DNA of 35,169 nucleotides, taken from positions 1-35,169 of the forward strand of contig JAUYPT010000078.1 of NCBI GenBank assembly GCA_030695685.1. Direction: 5' to 3'. The notes under the pieces were generated by a model. That model saw only the letters and a list, made by a program, of their open reading frames with translations, searched no databases and had not been told where the DNA came from. The stretch is from Nanobdellota archaeon (GTDB lineage: Archaea > Nanobdellota > Nanobdellia > Woesearchaeales > GW2011-AR9). The position numbers were made by a program, and so were the translations under genes. This document shows, piece after piece, positions 24,440 to 32,972 of this stretch (position 1 is its first letter; every line of letters begins with the position of its first letter).

Positions 24440-24936
24440 AAGAAGTACGCAAACAAGAATTACTACGGAAAGGCTGGAGCCAGCGGGAAATTACCACAGC
24501 GGAAGCTATTGTCGATCGGAAATTGCCGCATGATGTCTTTTTTTCTCAAATTGTTTTCTGGAGCGCTCTTTTAGTGATTGTTATAGGGAATATTATCGTT
24601 TCTTTTGTTGCTATTCCTTTCCTGATGTTTCTGAACCAATGGCAGTTGTATGTCATGATTATTATTTTAGCCGGAATGATTGGATTTCTCTATAATTTTC
24701 TGATCAATGACATCGGCCATCTGGAACGGAAGCATCATGTGACAGCAAGTATTTTAATACCGGTTTTAGCAGTGGTTAATCTCCTCATTGTCGTCTTTGT
24801 CGCTAATACATTAATCATGGATTTAGGCATCAAGAACGATGTGCATAATCCTTGGGCATTAAGCATTGTTTTTGCGGTTGCATTTATTCTTCCTTTTATT
24901 GCCGATCAGATACGGCTGGCTTTTAAAAGAAATTAA
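24436..24936 (+). CDS. Hypothetical integral membrane protein translationally coupled to MinD-like ATPase
   Basis: 166-aa ORF overlapping minD by ATGA (4 nt), with four hydrophobic helices. Confidence 0.55.
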   Translation: MKEVRKQELLRKGWSQREITTAEAIVDRKLPHDVFFSQIVFWSALLVIVIGNIIVSFVAIPFLMFLNQWQLYVMIIILAGMIGFLYNFLINDIGHLERKHHVTASILIPVLAVVNLLIVVFVANTLIMDLGIKNDVHNPWALSIVFAVAFILPFIADQIRLAFKRN

Positions 24937-24967
24937 TAAGATCATATACTAAAAGATACTCCCAATT

Positions 24968-25922
24968 TCAACGACTACGTAATGCAGAAATATCATAAAC
25001 CATTCCCGGAGTAAGCAGAAGATAGATTCCATCTTCGGACAAAGCGTGATAATGAATATATGCCTGACCACTCGCTCCGTGAACTTCCATACCATTGCCG
25101 CGGAAAACGCCGGTGATTGGTTCATCAAGGCCAATCCCCAAGTGATCTTGATACTCATTTACTAATTCAAATAAATCTTCTTCTCTGCCTCGCTCGGCAA
25201 CGTGCTGGTCGATGCCAACATTCTGCAGGAAACCAAAACCGTTGATATGATCACCAATGACTATTCTATTGGTGCTGGTATCCCCGCGAATAAGAAAAGA
25301 ACCCATAATTGACGCACCGGGCAGATGTTCCCCCTACAACACCGCCTCTGTCCAAAACTCCACGCAGTTCATCCATAAACTTGGTGCCAAGATAAGCATC
25401 AGCAAGACGCCATTGCCTGCCGCCGGTAAACCATACCCCTCGTGCAGTCTGGAGCGGCTCTACAAACTCTTCTGTATCTGCTACCGTTGGAGTTCGGGTA
25501 TGAAGCAAGGTAATATTCCGCAGATAAACCTGCCTTAGTTGATAATCTAAATCGCCGTCATCAACACAGGCATTGCCCGGTGGCACCGGACAATCCGGCA
25601 ATGCTGTCGGAACAACAACAACTGGAAGATCTGCCCAAGACTCAGAATCAGGATCAATAGCATCACGAAAAAGCCGTGAGCCGTTAAGACCATAATTGCC
25701 GCCGCCGTCAATGATGATAGTGCCGTGAGGATAACCATGAACTGCAGGATAACCTGGCCGTTTTGGATCCGCTGTTTCTAGTTCAGGAATATCGACAGGA
25801 TAACTTCTTTCTGCAGGAGGAGTTTCCATCGGTGTTGGTGAAACCATTGTATCTGGCCCACAAGCCATAACAAGAGAGATTAATGTTGCTGCAACGTTTC
25901 TGTTCATATTCTCACTCTTCAT
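24968..25922 (-). pseudogene. Secreted cyanophycinase-like peptidase (family S51 / class-I glutamine-amidotransferase-like fold), disrupted by a 1-nt frameshift
   Basis: Two consecutive ORFs (25266-25922 and 24968-25306) are fused by removing one base from the run at 25319-25321. That restores ...GGVVGGTSAGASIMGSFLIRGDTSTN..., i.e. the GxSAG nucleophile motif. The N-terminus has a signal/lipobox-like LVMACG. The gene is visibly GC-richer than its neighbours. Confidence 0.65.
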
Positions 25923-27495
25923 GATTTAACAAATGCTCAATGATAACAGCGTATGCCGGCCGGGCGACAAAAACACCAAAGGTAACGCCGGCGATTGTTG
26001 TTAATGCAAACCCTTTCAACAATCCTGCACCTGCCCATAACAAGGGCAGCATGCCGGCAATGGTCGTTAAATATGCGCCCATGACAACGAACATGGCATT
26101 TTTAATTCTCTTTTTCCAATCCGTTTCTGCTGCTCCTTTTACTGTTTCATCAGTAATGATAATAAAATGATCAACACCTGTCCCAATGGAAATGATAATC
26201 CCGGCAATAGCTGCTAAATCTAAATTCCAGCCAACGAAAGCAGCAAATCCCAAGAGCATGATTAATTCTGATAATAAACAAAAAACCATCGGAAGAATAA
26301 CTTTTAATTGGCGGTAGCGCACAAAGATAACCACAATAACAGCAGCAAGAGCTAAGATACCAACGATAAAGATATTATTCAAAAATTCTTTTCCTAAAGA
26401 AGGGGAAATAGTATCAAATTTAACGATATCTAATTTAACCGGCAAACTTCCCGTAATAATAATCGTCTGCAGCCGTTTCATTTCCGATAAAGAATTGGTT
26501 ACTGCTTCCGCTTCCGTTCTGCCCGCGCCGGATCCTGTAATTTGAACGCTCGTTGCCGCCTGGCCTTTCAAGCTGGAAACAATACGCAGGCGATCAACTT
26601 CGGCGTCATCTAAAAACAAGGTTAAATCTTCACTTAAATAAGAGCCTTCCACAATGGTTAATTTTTCAGTAGCTTTTGCTTGACGCTGTGCTGCTTCGGG
26701 GCTTAAGGTAATGCTAAAGAAAAAACTGCAGGCATAACTGCCATCGGCAAGACGGCCGCAGCCCCGCTGAGGGTCAATACCAGAACATTCTGCTGACCGG
26801 CAGACATAGGTAATATCTTCCTTGCCGCCAAAGAAAACGGTATTGTTGCCTATTTTTGCTTCAAACTTTCCCTGCCGGGCGAGAAGATTTTTCACTTCTT
26901 CTTCATTAACACCGGCAATCTCAATTAAAATAAATTTACCCCCGCTCAGATCCGACGCCGACCGGACAACAATATCACTCAAGCCAAAAACGTTCAGCCG
27001 TTCTGTTAAACTGGCAATAGTAATTTCTAATTCGTCAGCAGTAATTTCTGTTGCCGGCTTGAGCAGCACTCGTATACCGCCTTCAAGATCCAATCCCTTG
27101 CGTAAGTTTGTAAATGGTATATCTGATACTTTGAGGCCAAGATCAACAACGCCTTGCGAATCTGCCGTCGTCAAAAGAGTGTACGTATTGCGGTCTGTTT
27201 CCACACGAAGCGTAGTATTGCCTTCAACAGCACTGACCACAGAATAATAATCCTGCAATGACGTTATCTCCTGGCGATTAAGAGAAAGTATTTTTTCCCG
27301 TGCAGAAGACATCGTTGTGGGAGAGGGATTTTCAAGACCGGCATCAGCAGCAGAAGAATTTTGAGAAACGTGGCGAATAATAACACCGTCATGCCCAAAA
27401 ATCTGCGGTTTAATCGCAATAACAGAAAATAACAGGAACAGCAGTAACAGCATCACTCTCCAATTGAGGAGTAATTTCTTAAAAGCGGGTTTCAT
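25912..27495 (-). CDS. secD: Protein-export membrane protein SecD
   Basis: 527 aa with an N-terminal TM, a large extracytoplasmic domain and a C-terminal 5-TM bundle (GIIISIGTGVDHFIIITDE). It overlaps secF by 17 nt. Confidence 0.85.
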   Translation of the reverse strand: MKPAFKKLLLNWRVMLLLLFLLFSVIAIKPQIFGHDGVIIRHVSQNSSAADAGLENPSPTTMSSAREKILSLNRQEITSLQDYYSVVSAVEGNTTLRVETDRNTYTLLTTADSQGVVDLGLKVSDIPFTNLRKGLDLEGGIRVLLKPATEITADELEITIASLTERLNVFGLSDIVVRSASDLSGGKFILIEIAGVNEEEVKNLLARQGKFEAKIGNNTVFFGGKEDITYVCRSAECSGIDPQRGCGRLADGSYACSFFFSITLSPEAAQRQAKATEKLTIVEGSYLSEDLTLFLDDAEVDRLRIVSSLKGQAATSVQITGSGAGRTEAEAVTNSLSEMKRLQTIIITGSLPVKLDIVKFDTISPSLGKEFLNNIFIVGILALAAVIVVIFVRYRQLKVILPMVFCLLSELIMLLGFAAFVGWNLDLAAIAGIIISIGTGVDHFIIITDETVKGAAETDWKKRIKNAMFVVMGAYLTTIAGMLPLLWAGAGLLKGFALTTIAGVTFGVFVARPAYAVIIEHLLNHEE

Positions 27496-28402
27496 CAGTT
27501 ACTTTTCCTCCTTTCAATGTCTTTTCGTGATAGAGACGGAGCGTGCCAACATTTTGAATCCAGGTCATAATAATATCAACAAATAATCCAATCAGCAAAA
27601 TAACCATGATTTGTTTTACAACATCGTTGCTGACAAAAATTAATGTTACGACCACTGCTGCAATCGCAGTTGTAGTCATGGTTAATCCTGTTTTAATAGC
27701 GCTGTAAATCCTTTCCATTACTGGCAGATCCTGCCTCTTAAAGAAACGAGACCCTAATAGAATATCAGTATCAACAGAATATCCAATGAGCATGAGAAAG
27801 GCAGCAACACCGGCAGTGCTTAATTTCATGCCTGTAAGATTAAAAATTGCTATCGTAACAACAATGTCAGAAAATGCCGCCAAAATGACGGTCAAGCTTG
27901 GAATAAGAGTTCTAAAATAGAGAAAGACGACAGCAGCCATCAGCACAAACGCAATTAATAAGGCAATTGCTGTCTGCTTAAAGAAACTTTTTCCCAACGA
28001 CGAGCCAATAATTTCAACACTATAATTTTCCTTTGTAAGTATAACTTTCTGTCCAAGAACAGAAAGCAGATTATCAATGTCGCTGCTTTCCTGGAGATCA
28101 GTATCGATAGCAAGACTCACAACACTGCCGGCTGTGGTTATAGTTCGTACTAAAATTTCCGTATCTGGAAAATTCTCCTGCAGAAAACGCTGTAAAGCTA
28201 TGGAATCAATGGAACCATCATCATTAACCGTTATCGTCGAGCCACCTTTTAACGTAATTCCTTTATTGACAAAATCACCTGTTTCGGCATACTGCCAGCC
28301 AATTTGCAGGAATGAACCGACTAATAGTAAGAAAGGAAAAAGGAGAAGATATTTGTACTGCTGTTCGTAAAATTTCTTGACAGAATCAAGCATCGATGTC
28401 AT
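27479..28402 (-). CDS. secF: Protein-export membrane protein SecF
   Basis: 307 aa with an N-terminal TM, an ectodomain and then a SecF-type TM bundle (LIGYSVDTDILL). It lies upstream of secD in the same operon. Confidence 0.85.
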   Translation of the reverse strand: MTSMLDSVKKFYEQQYKYLLLFPFLLLVGSFLQIGWQYAETGDFVNKGITLKGGSTITVNDDGSIDSIALQRFLQENFPDTEILVRTITTAGSVVSLAIDTDLQESSDIDNLLSVLGQKVILTKENYSVEIIGSSLGKSFFKQTAIALLIAFVLMAAVVFLYFRTLIPSLTVILAAFSDIVVTIAIFNLTGMKLSTAGVAAFLMLIGYSVDTDILLGSRFFKRQDLPVMERIYSAIKTGLTMTTTAIAAVVVTLIFVSNDVVKQIMVILLIGLFVDIIMTWIQNVGTLRLYHEKTLKGGKVTDETRF

Positions 28403-28425
28403 CGTTGAGCTTGATTGATGAATGG

Positions 28426-28433
28426 TATATAAA
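28426..28433 (-). promoter_or_regulatory. TATA-like box for secF-secD
   Basis: TTTATATA read on the minus strand, ending 24 nt before the ATG at 28402. Confidence 0.45.
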
Positions 28434-28463
28434 GATTATGATGGTAATTTGCTGGTTCGAAAC

Positions 28464-28489
28464 TTTGCACAAAAAGCCTTTTTTGCAAA
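28464..28489. promoter_or_regulatory. Imperfect palindrome TTTGCACAAAAAG-CC-TTTTTTGCAAA in the divergent secF / GHKL-gene intergenic region (candidate operator)
   Basis: The two half-sites TTTGCA...TGCAAA are read directly and lie between the two TATA-like boxes. Confidence 0.35.
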
Positions 28490-28524
28490 TTTACACAATT
28501 ATAGATTCTCTAGTTAATATATCA

Positions 28525-28532
28525 TTATAAAA
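28525..28532 (+). promoter_or_regulatory. TATA-like box for the GHKL/STAS cassette
   Basis: TTATAAAA ends 22 nt before the GTG at 28554. Confidence 0.45.
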
Positions 28533-28553
28533 GAGTTTTAAGAAAATAATTTT

Positions 28554-29366
28554 GTGAAAATTGTTATACCAGACTCCGATGATCCATTTGAACAGGCAGT
28601 CGATTGTTTTAAAGCCATTCAAAGTTTGGATCAAAATGATAAAATTGATTTAAGTAAAGTCTTATGGATTAGTCCTTTTGTTGCTTTAATGTTAAGTCAT
28701 AAAATTGAGGAATTACGTTTAAAAGGACATTCTTTAGATATAATAAAACCAGAATCTGTTAAAGTGCAAAATTATTTACAAAAGATTGGATTTCCTTTAG
28801 GTAGCGATTATATAAAAGGAAATACTGCTTTTCCGATAAAGCATTTTAACTCGAATCCAGAAAAAGCCATTGTAGATCTTTATAAATATATAGAATCGAC
28901 ATTCCCGGTGGAACTGAGGGGAAATACTATAAATTATATTCTTAGTGAATTAGTTGATAATGTGGATCAACATTCGAAGTATTCAACTGCTACAGTATTA
29001 GCACAATACTATCCTTTAAAAAAGTATATTGATATTGGAGTAGTAGACAATGGTTACTCCATCCCAGGAGTATTTACAGATAACGGAATCGACTTTGTGG
29101 AAGACCATAATGCGATTAAGTTAGCACTAGAGGGTGTTTCTACCAAAAATGAAGAGGGTAGAGGTAAAGGGTTACAATCGACGAGTAAATTAACAACCAA
29201 AGAATTAAAAGGTACACTTTATGCTTTTTCTAGAAACGGAGCAATGGTATTAACAGAAAATGTTAGAGAAGCATATAAACTTCAAGACACTCAATTGAAA
29301 GGAACACTGATATATTTAAGATTTGCCGTGCCTAAAACTAGCGTTAACCTTACTCCCTATTACTAA
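28554..29366 (+). CDS. GHKL-superfamily ATPase / SpoIIAB-RsbW-like putative Ser kinase with N-terminal STAS-like module
   Basis: N-box ELVDNVDQH (aa 132-140), G1-like VVDNGYSIPG and G2 GRGKGL. The N-terminal segment is KIDLSKVLWISPFVALMLSHKIEEL...YLQKIGF. GTG start. Confidence 0.7.
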   Translation: MKIVIPDSDDPFEQAVDCFKAIQSLDQNDKIDLSKVLWISPFVALMLSHKIEELRLKGHSLDIIKPESVKVQNYLQKIGFPLGSDYIKGNTAFPIKHFNSNPEKAIVDLYKYIESTFPVELRGNTINYILSELVDNVDQHSKYSTATVLAQYYPLKKYIDIGVVDNGYSIPGVFTDNGIDFVEDHNAIKLALEGVSTKNEEGRGKGLQSTSKLTTKELKGTLYAFSRNGAMVLTENVREAYKLQDTQLKGTLIYLRFAVPKTSVNLTPYY

Positions 29367-29367
29367 A

Positions 29368-29655
29368 ATGAAAACTATTTGTGTTTTAGAGCAACTGGAC
29401 GAATATCTTTCAACAAGAAATAGTATTAAAAGTTTTTTCATTTATATAGAAAATCTCCCTGAAACAGAAATATGCTTAGATTTTACAAATATTAAATTCA
29501 TTTCACGCTCTTCTGCTGATGAGTATTTAAAGCAAAAAAAAGCATCATTAAAGATCATTTATGAAAAGAATATGCCTAATGAGATAAAACACATTTTAAT
29601 ATCTGTTTCAGGGAATTCTGAGAATTTTCGTCAAACAAATGTAATTCCTTGCTAA
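29368..29655 (+). CDS. STAS-like small protein (DUF4325-type)
   Basis: 95 aa from an ATG 1 nt after the upstream stop. ICLDFTNIKFISRSSADEYL matches the DUF4325 hallmark (lDF.gV..issSFadE). The longer ORF start (29323) overlaps the upstream gene. Confidence 0.65.
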   Translation: MKTICVLEQLDEYLSTRNSIKSFFIYIENLPETEICLDFTNIKFISRSSADEYLKQKKASLKIIYEKNMPNEIKHILISVSGNSENFRQTNVIPC

Positions 29656-29674
29656 ATTCGATCATCCCATAACA

Positions 29675-29682
29675 TTTATAAA
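29675..29682 (+). promoter_or_regulatory. TATA-like box for the ABC transporter operon
   Basis: TTTATAAA ends 23 nt before the GTG at 29705. Confidence 0.45.
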
Positions 29683-29704
29683 CATTAATTAACTTTCCTG
29701 TACT

Positions 29705-30649
29705 GTGGAATTGTTAGAATTACGAGGAGTTGGTAAAGCGTTTAAGGAGGCGCAGATTCTGAAGAATGTTGATATCATTATTGAAGAAGGCGACATTCTC
29801 GGCGTCATCGGCCAATCCGGCGGCGGCAAAACGACACTGCTTAATCTGATTACTGGTTTCATCGAACCAAGTGAAGGAGAAATTTTATATTATTCTAAAG
29901 CGTATAATGAAAAACGGGATTTAAATGAAAATTTACACAAAATAAAACGGTTTTTTGGATTCACACCGCAGCATAATTCATTTTATCCTAAATTAACGGT
30001 GAAGGAAAACCTGCTTCATTTTGGAAGGTTATATGATCTTGATGAAGCAACATTAAATACCAATATCAAGAACCTGCTTCAGTTCACCCGCCTTAGCGAC
30101 CAACAACATAAGATTGCCGACCAACTTTCCGGCGGAATGCAGAAAAGACTGGATATTTCCTGCAGCCTTGTCCATAAGCCAAAAATTTTAATACTGGACG
30201 AGCCGACGGCGGATTTAGACCCAATCTTACAGAAAGAAATTCTTCACTTGCTGCAGGAAGTGAACAAGCAAGGCGTTACCATCATTATTGCTTCTCACCA
30301 GCTCGACAGCATCGAACAAACATGCAATAAAGTAGCCATAGTTCATGGCGGAACTATCCAGTGTCACGGTTTGCTCGACGACATTCGAAATCCACCGGCG
30401 CAGGATCATTTTACGATTAGCATCTCCGCAGATGAAAAAGAACAAATCATGAACCGGCTTAAGACCTATCCTATTAAAAAAATTATTGAGCGTGGCAATT
30501 CCCTGGTCATTTATCCTGCTGATGCCGAAAGGACGATGGCCAGAGTATTAAGTTTGGTCAAGTCAGATCATTTAAAGCTGCATACAATGCACCTGCGCAA
30601 ACAGTCGTTAAGTGACGTCTTTGAAAAAATAGTCCACGACCAACAATAG
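29705..30649 (+). CDS. ABC transporter ATP-binding protein
   Basis: Walker A GQSGGGKTT, signature LSGGMQKRL, Walker B ILILDEPT, H-loop ASHQ. Confidence 0.93.
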   Translation: MELLELRGVGKAFKEAQILKNVDIIIEEGDILGVIGQSGGGKTTLLNLITGFIEPSEGEILYYSKAYNEKRDLNENLHKIKRFFGFTPQHNSFYPKLTVKENLLHFGRLYDLDEATLNTNIKNLLQFTRLSDQQHKIADQLSGGMQKRLDISCSLVHKPKILILDEPTADLDPILQKEILHLLQEVNKQGVTIIIASHQLDSIEQTCNKVAIVHGGTIQCHGLLDDIRNPPAQDHFTISISADEKEQIMNRLKTYPIKKIIERGNSLVIYPADAERTMARVLSLVKSDHLKLHTMHLRKQSLSDVFEKIVHDQQ

Positions 30650-30660
30650 AAATAAAAGAT

Positions 30661-32421
30661 GTGAATAACATGATTAAAGAGTTTATAGCAGTATTATCTA
30701 ATCCGCATTTGATGGTAAAACCGTTTCGGCAGTTATGGTTATTGACGATCAAAAATTTACGGCTGCTATTACGGTCGCGGGCATCAGCATTAATTATCAT
30801 TTTTGCGCCACTGATTATGATTCTGATTATTGGCTTATCCTATAATACGTCTGCCCAGTTTGGGTTAAATATTGGAATTGCCGTGGATTCTTTTACAGAG
30901 GATGTAGAATCTTTTGTGACACTGTTAGAAGAGGAAGAGTTTACCATCCACCGCTATGAAGCATCATTAGATGATTGCATAGCAGACATCAAAAGCAGCA
31001 AGGTTCATACGTGTATTACACTTCCACAGAGTTTCAGTGTAGAAGATAATTCCCAAAAAGAAGTTACATTTTATATCGACCCCAGCAGGATTAACATTGT
31101 CTGGATGATCCAGGAAACGGTTAAAACAAAATTTAATATCAAATCGCAGGAAATATCGCAGGATTTAGCACAGAATGTGCTTACACAGTTGACAGATACT
31201 AAAAATGTTCTCCTTGCGGAAGAAAGCAATTTAAATGCTGTAAAAGCAAAAACAGGAGTTGCATCGACCGGCGCGACAACAGCAAAACAAAATTTAGCAG
31301 TCATTGATTTGACGGTAAGTACTTCTGCGAATGAATCTGCAGCTGTTGACGAAGATCTTAATACTGCGAACGATTTACTCAGCGATGTTCTTGGGTATCT
31401 TGGTTCTATCGAAGATGAATCACAGCGGGAAGCCGCGAGGGATGCACTCAACGAAGCAAAAGAGATGCTTTATGGAGATGTTGATGAAAATGAAAGTTTT
31501 AATGGGGCTATCGGCGCACTGCAAGCAGATTTGAACTCATTAGGGCAGAAATTAGGCACTGCTGCTGATGCCATTGGAAAATCAAATACAGATATTGATA
31601 CCGTTATTGCAACGCTGCAAGAAGCTATTTCAGATATTGAGGCAGTGCAGTTAGGGTTAAGCACGAGTTATACTAATCTTGATTCTCAAAAAGTTACTAG
31701 TGCTGATACTATCACCTCTCCTATTGTTACCAAGATTGAAAGAGTAAGCCCTGAAAGCACATACCTGAATTATTTATTTCCGGCTTTATTGGTTATGGTC
31801 GTGATGTTCAGTTCTCTGCTCTTAGGAACAACACTGGTGATGATTGAAAAAAACAGCCCTGCCTTCCTGCGGAATTTCTTCCTTCCTGTAAAAAAGATCA
31901 TCTTTGTGATGTCAATTTATGTCACTAATATCATACTGATACTAACAGAAATTATCATTATTTTAGGAATATCATTATTCTTCCTTAAAAATTCCCTTCC
32001 CGTGCTGCCTGCCGTCGCTTTCATCCTGTTTGTGACCGCATCAGTGTTTACATTCTTGGGAATGACTATTGGCTATTTGTTTACCTCAGAAGAAACCGGC
32101 GTTCTGGCATCAATTTCCTTAGGCAGTATTTTTCTCTTTGTCTCTGGCGTGATACTGCCATTAGAAGGAGTATCTCCCTTAATCCGAAAGATTACGTTTT
32201 TTAATCCTTTTGTTATTGCTGAAAAATTAGTTCGGGAAATTTTTATCTTTAATACCTCTTTCTCGCTCTTGAATTCCGATTTGGGATTGTTAATAGCGTA
32301 TGGGATACTGTTATTTATTACGATTATGATTATAGAATCGTTTGTACATGAGCACGTCGTCCGTAAAATGCTGAAGCATCACCACCGCGCACAAGTCAAG
32401 GAAAGTAAAGAGATGCAGTAA
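30661..32421 (+). CDS. ABC-2 type permease with large coiled-coil-like ectodomain (YhgE/Pip-like architecture)
   Basis: 586 aa with one N-terminal TM, a polar Ala/Gln/Asp/Leu-rich loop of roughly 300 aa, then five or six C-terminal TM helices. It lies directly downstream of the ABC ATPase. ATG 30670 is an alternative start. Confidence 0.8.
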   Translation: MNNMIKEFIAVLSNPHLMVKPFRQLWLLTIKNLRLLLRSRASALIIIFAPLIMILIIGLSYNTSAQFGLNIGIAVDSFTEDVESFVTLLEEEEFTIHRYEASLDDCIADIKSSKVHTCITLPQSFSVEDNSQKEVTFYIDPSRINIVWMIQETVKTKFNIKSQEISQDLAQNVLTQLTDTKNVLLAEESNLNAVKAKTGVASTGATTAKQNLAVIDLTVSTSANESAAVDEDLNTANDLLSDVLGYLGSIEDESQREAARDALNEAKEMLYGDVDENESFNGAIGALQADLNSLGQKLGTAADAIGKSNTDIDTVIATLQEAISDIEAVQLGLSTSYTNLDSQKVTSADTITSPIVTKIERVSPESTYLNYLFPALLVMVVMFSSLLLGTTLVMIEKNSPAFLRNFFLPVKKIIFVMSIYVTNIILILTEIIIILGISLFFLKNSLPVLPAVAFILFVTASVFTFLGMTIGYLFTSEETGVLASISLGSIFLFVSGVILPLEGVSPLIRKITFFNPFVIAEKLVREIFIFNTSFSLLNSDLGLLIAYGILLFITIMIIESFVHEHVVRKMLKHHHRAQVKESKEMQ

Positions 32422-32456
32422 GCAGATTTATAATTCATTGTTTCTTTCATTGATTG

Positions 32457-32972
32457 ATGGTTAAAAAAGTTATAGTCATTACCGGAACTCCTGGTGTTGG
32501 CAAATCAACGCTGGCAAAAATAGTAGCATCAAGATTAAAATTAGAACGATTAGATTTATCGCAGTATTATAATAAAATATCCACTAGGTATAACCGGAAA
32601 AAGCATTGTTATGATGTTGACCGTACAAAGTTTATTGCGCTTGTGAAGAGCAAACTAAAAGAAAGTGAGAAAGGATTAATTATTGATTCGCATATTGCTC
32701 ATCTCTTACCGAAGAGAATGGTAGATTTGTGTATTGTGCTGATATGTTCTAACCTTACATTATTGCAACGAAGATTGAACAAGAGAGGATACAGCCAAAA
32801 GAAAATAAGAGAGAATCTTGATGCGGAGATTTTTCAAGTCTGTTTATTGGAAGCCAAAGAGAAAGGGCATAAAGTAGTGGTTGTTGATGGCTGTACATTT
32901 TCTTCAAAAAAAATGATTACGCAAATTTGGCCTGCGCTGAAGAATCTTGGAAAGAAACGTACGTTAAGTTAA
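32457..32972 (+). CDS. Putative adenylate kinase AK6 / Fap7-type NTPase
   Basis: VITGTPGVGKSTLAK, GLIIDSH, RL.KRGYSQKKIRENLDAEIF match the AK6/Fap7 pattern. TATA-like TTTATAAT (32427-32434) ends 23 nt before this ATG. The track start at 32454 is a TTG. Confidence 0.8.
   Translation: MVKKVIVITGTPGVGKSTLAKIVASRLKLERLDLSQYYNKISTRYNRKKHCYDVDRTKFIALVKSKLKESEKGLIIDSHIAHLLPKRMVDLCIVLICSNLTLLQRRLNKRGYSQKKIRENLDAEIFQVCLLEAKEKGHKVVVVDGCTFSSKKMITQIWPALKNLGKKRTLS

Noticed and set aside
24949-25738. Other ORFs in the S51 peptidase region: 24949-25158 (minus strand, out of frame), 25257-25538 (plus strand) and 25547-25738 (minus strand, out of frame).
   Set aside because: They overlap the frameshifted S51 peptidase reading frames, and their translations have no protein-like features.
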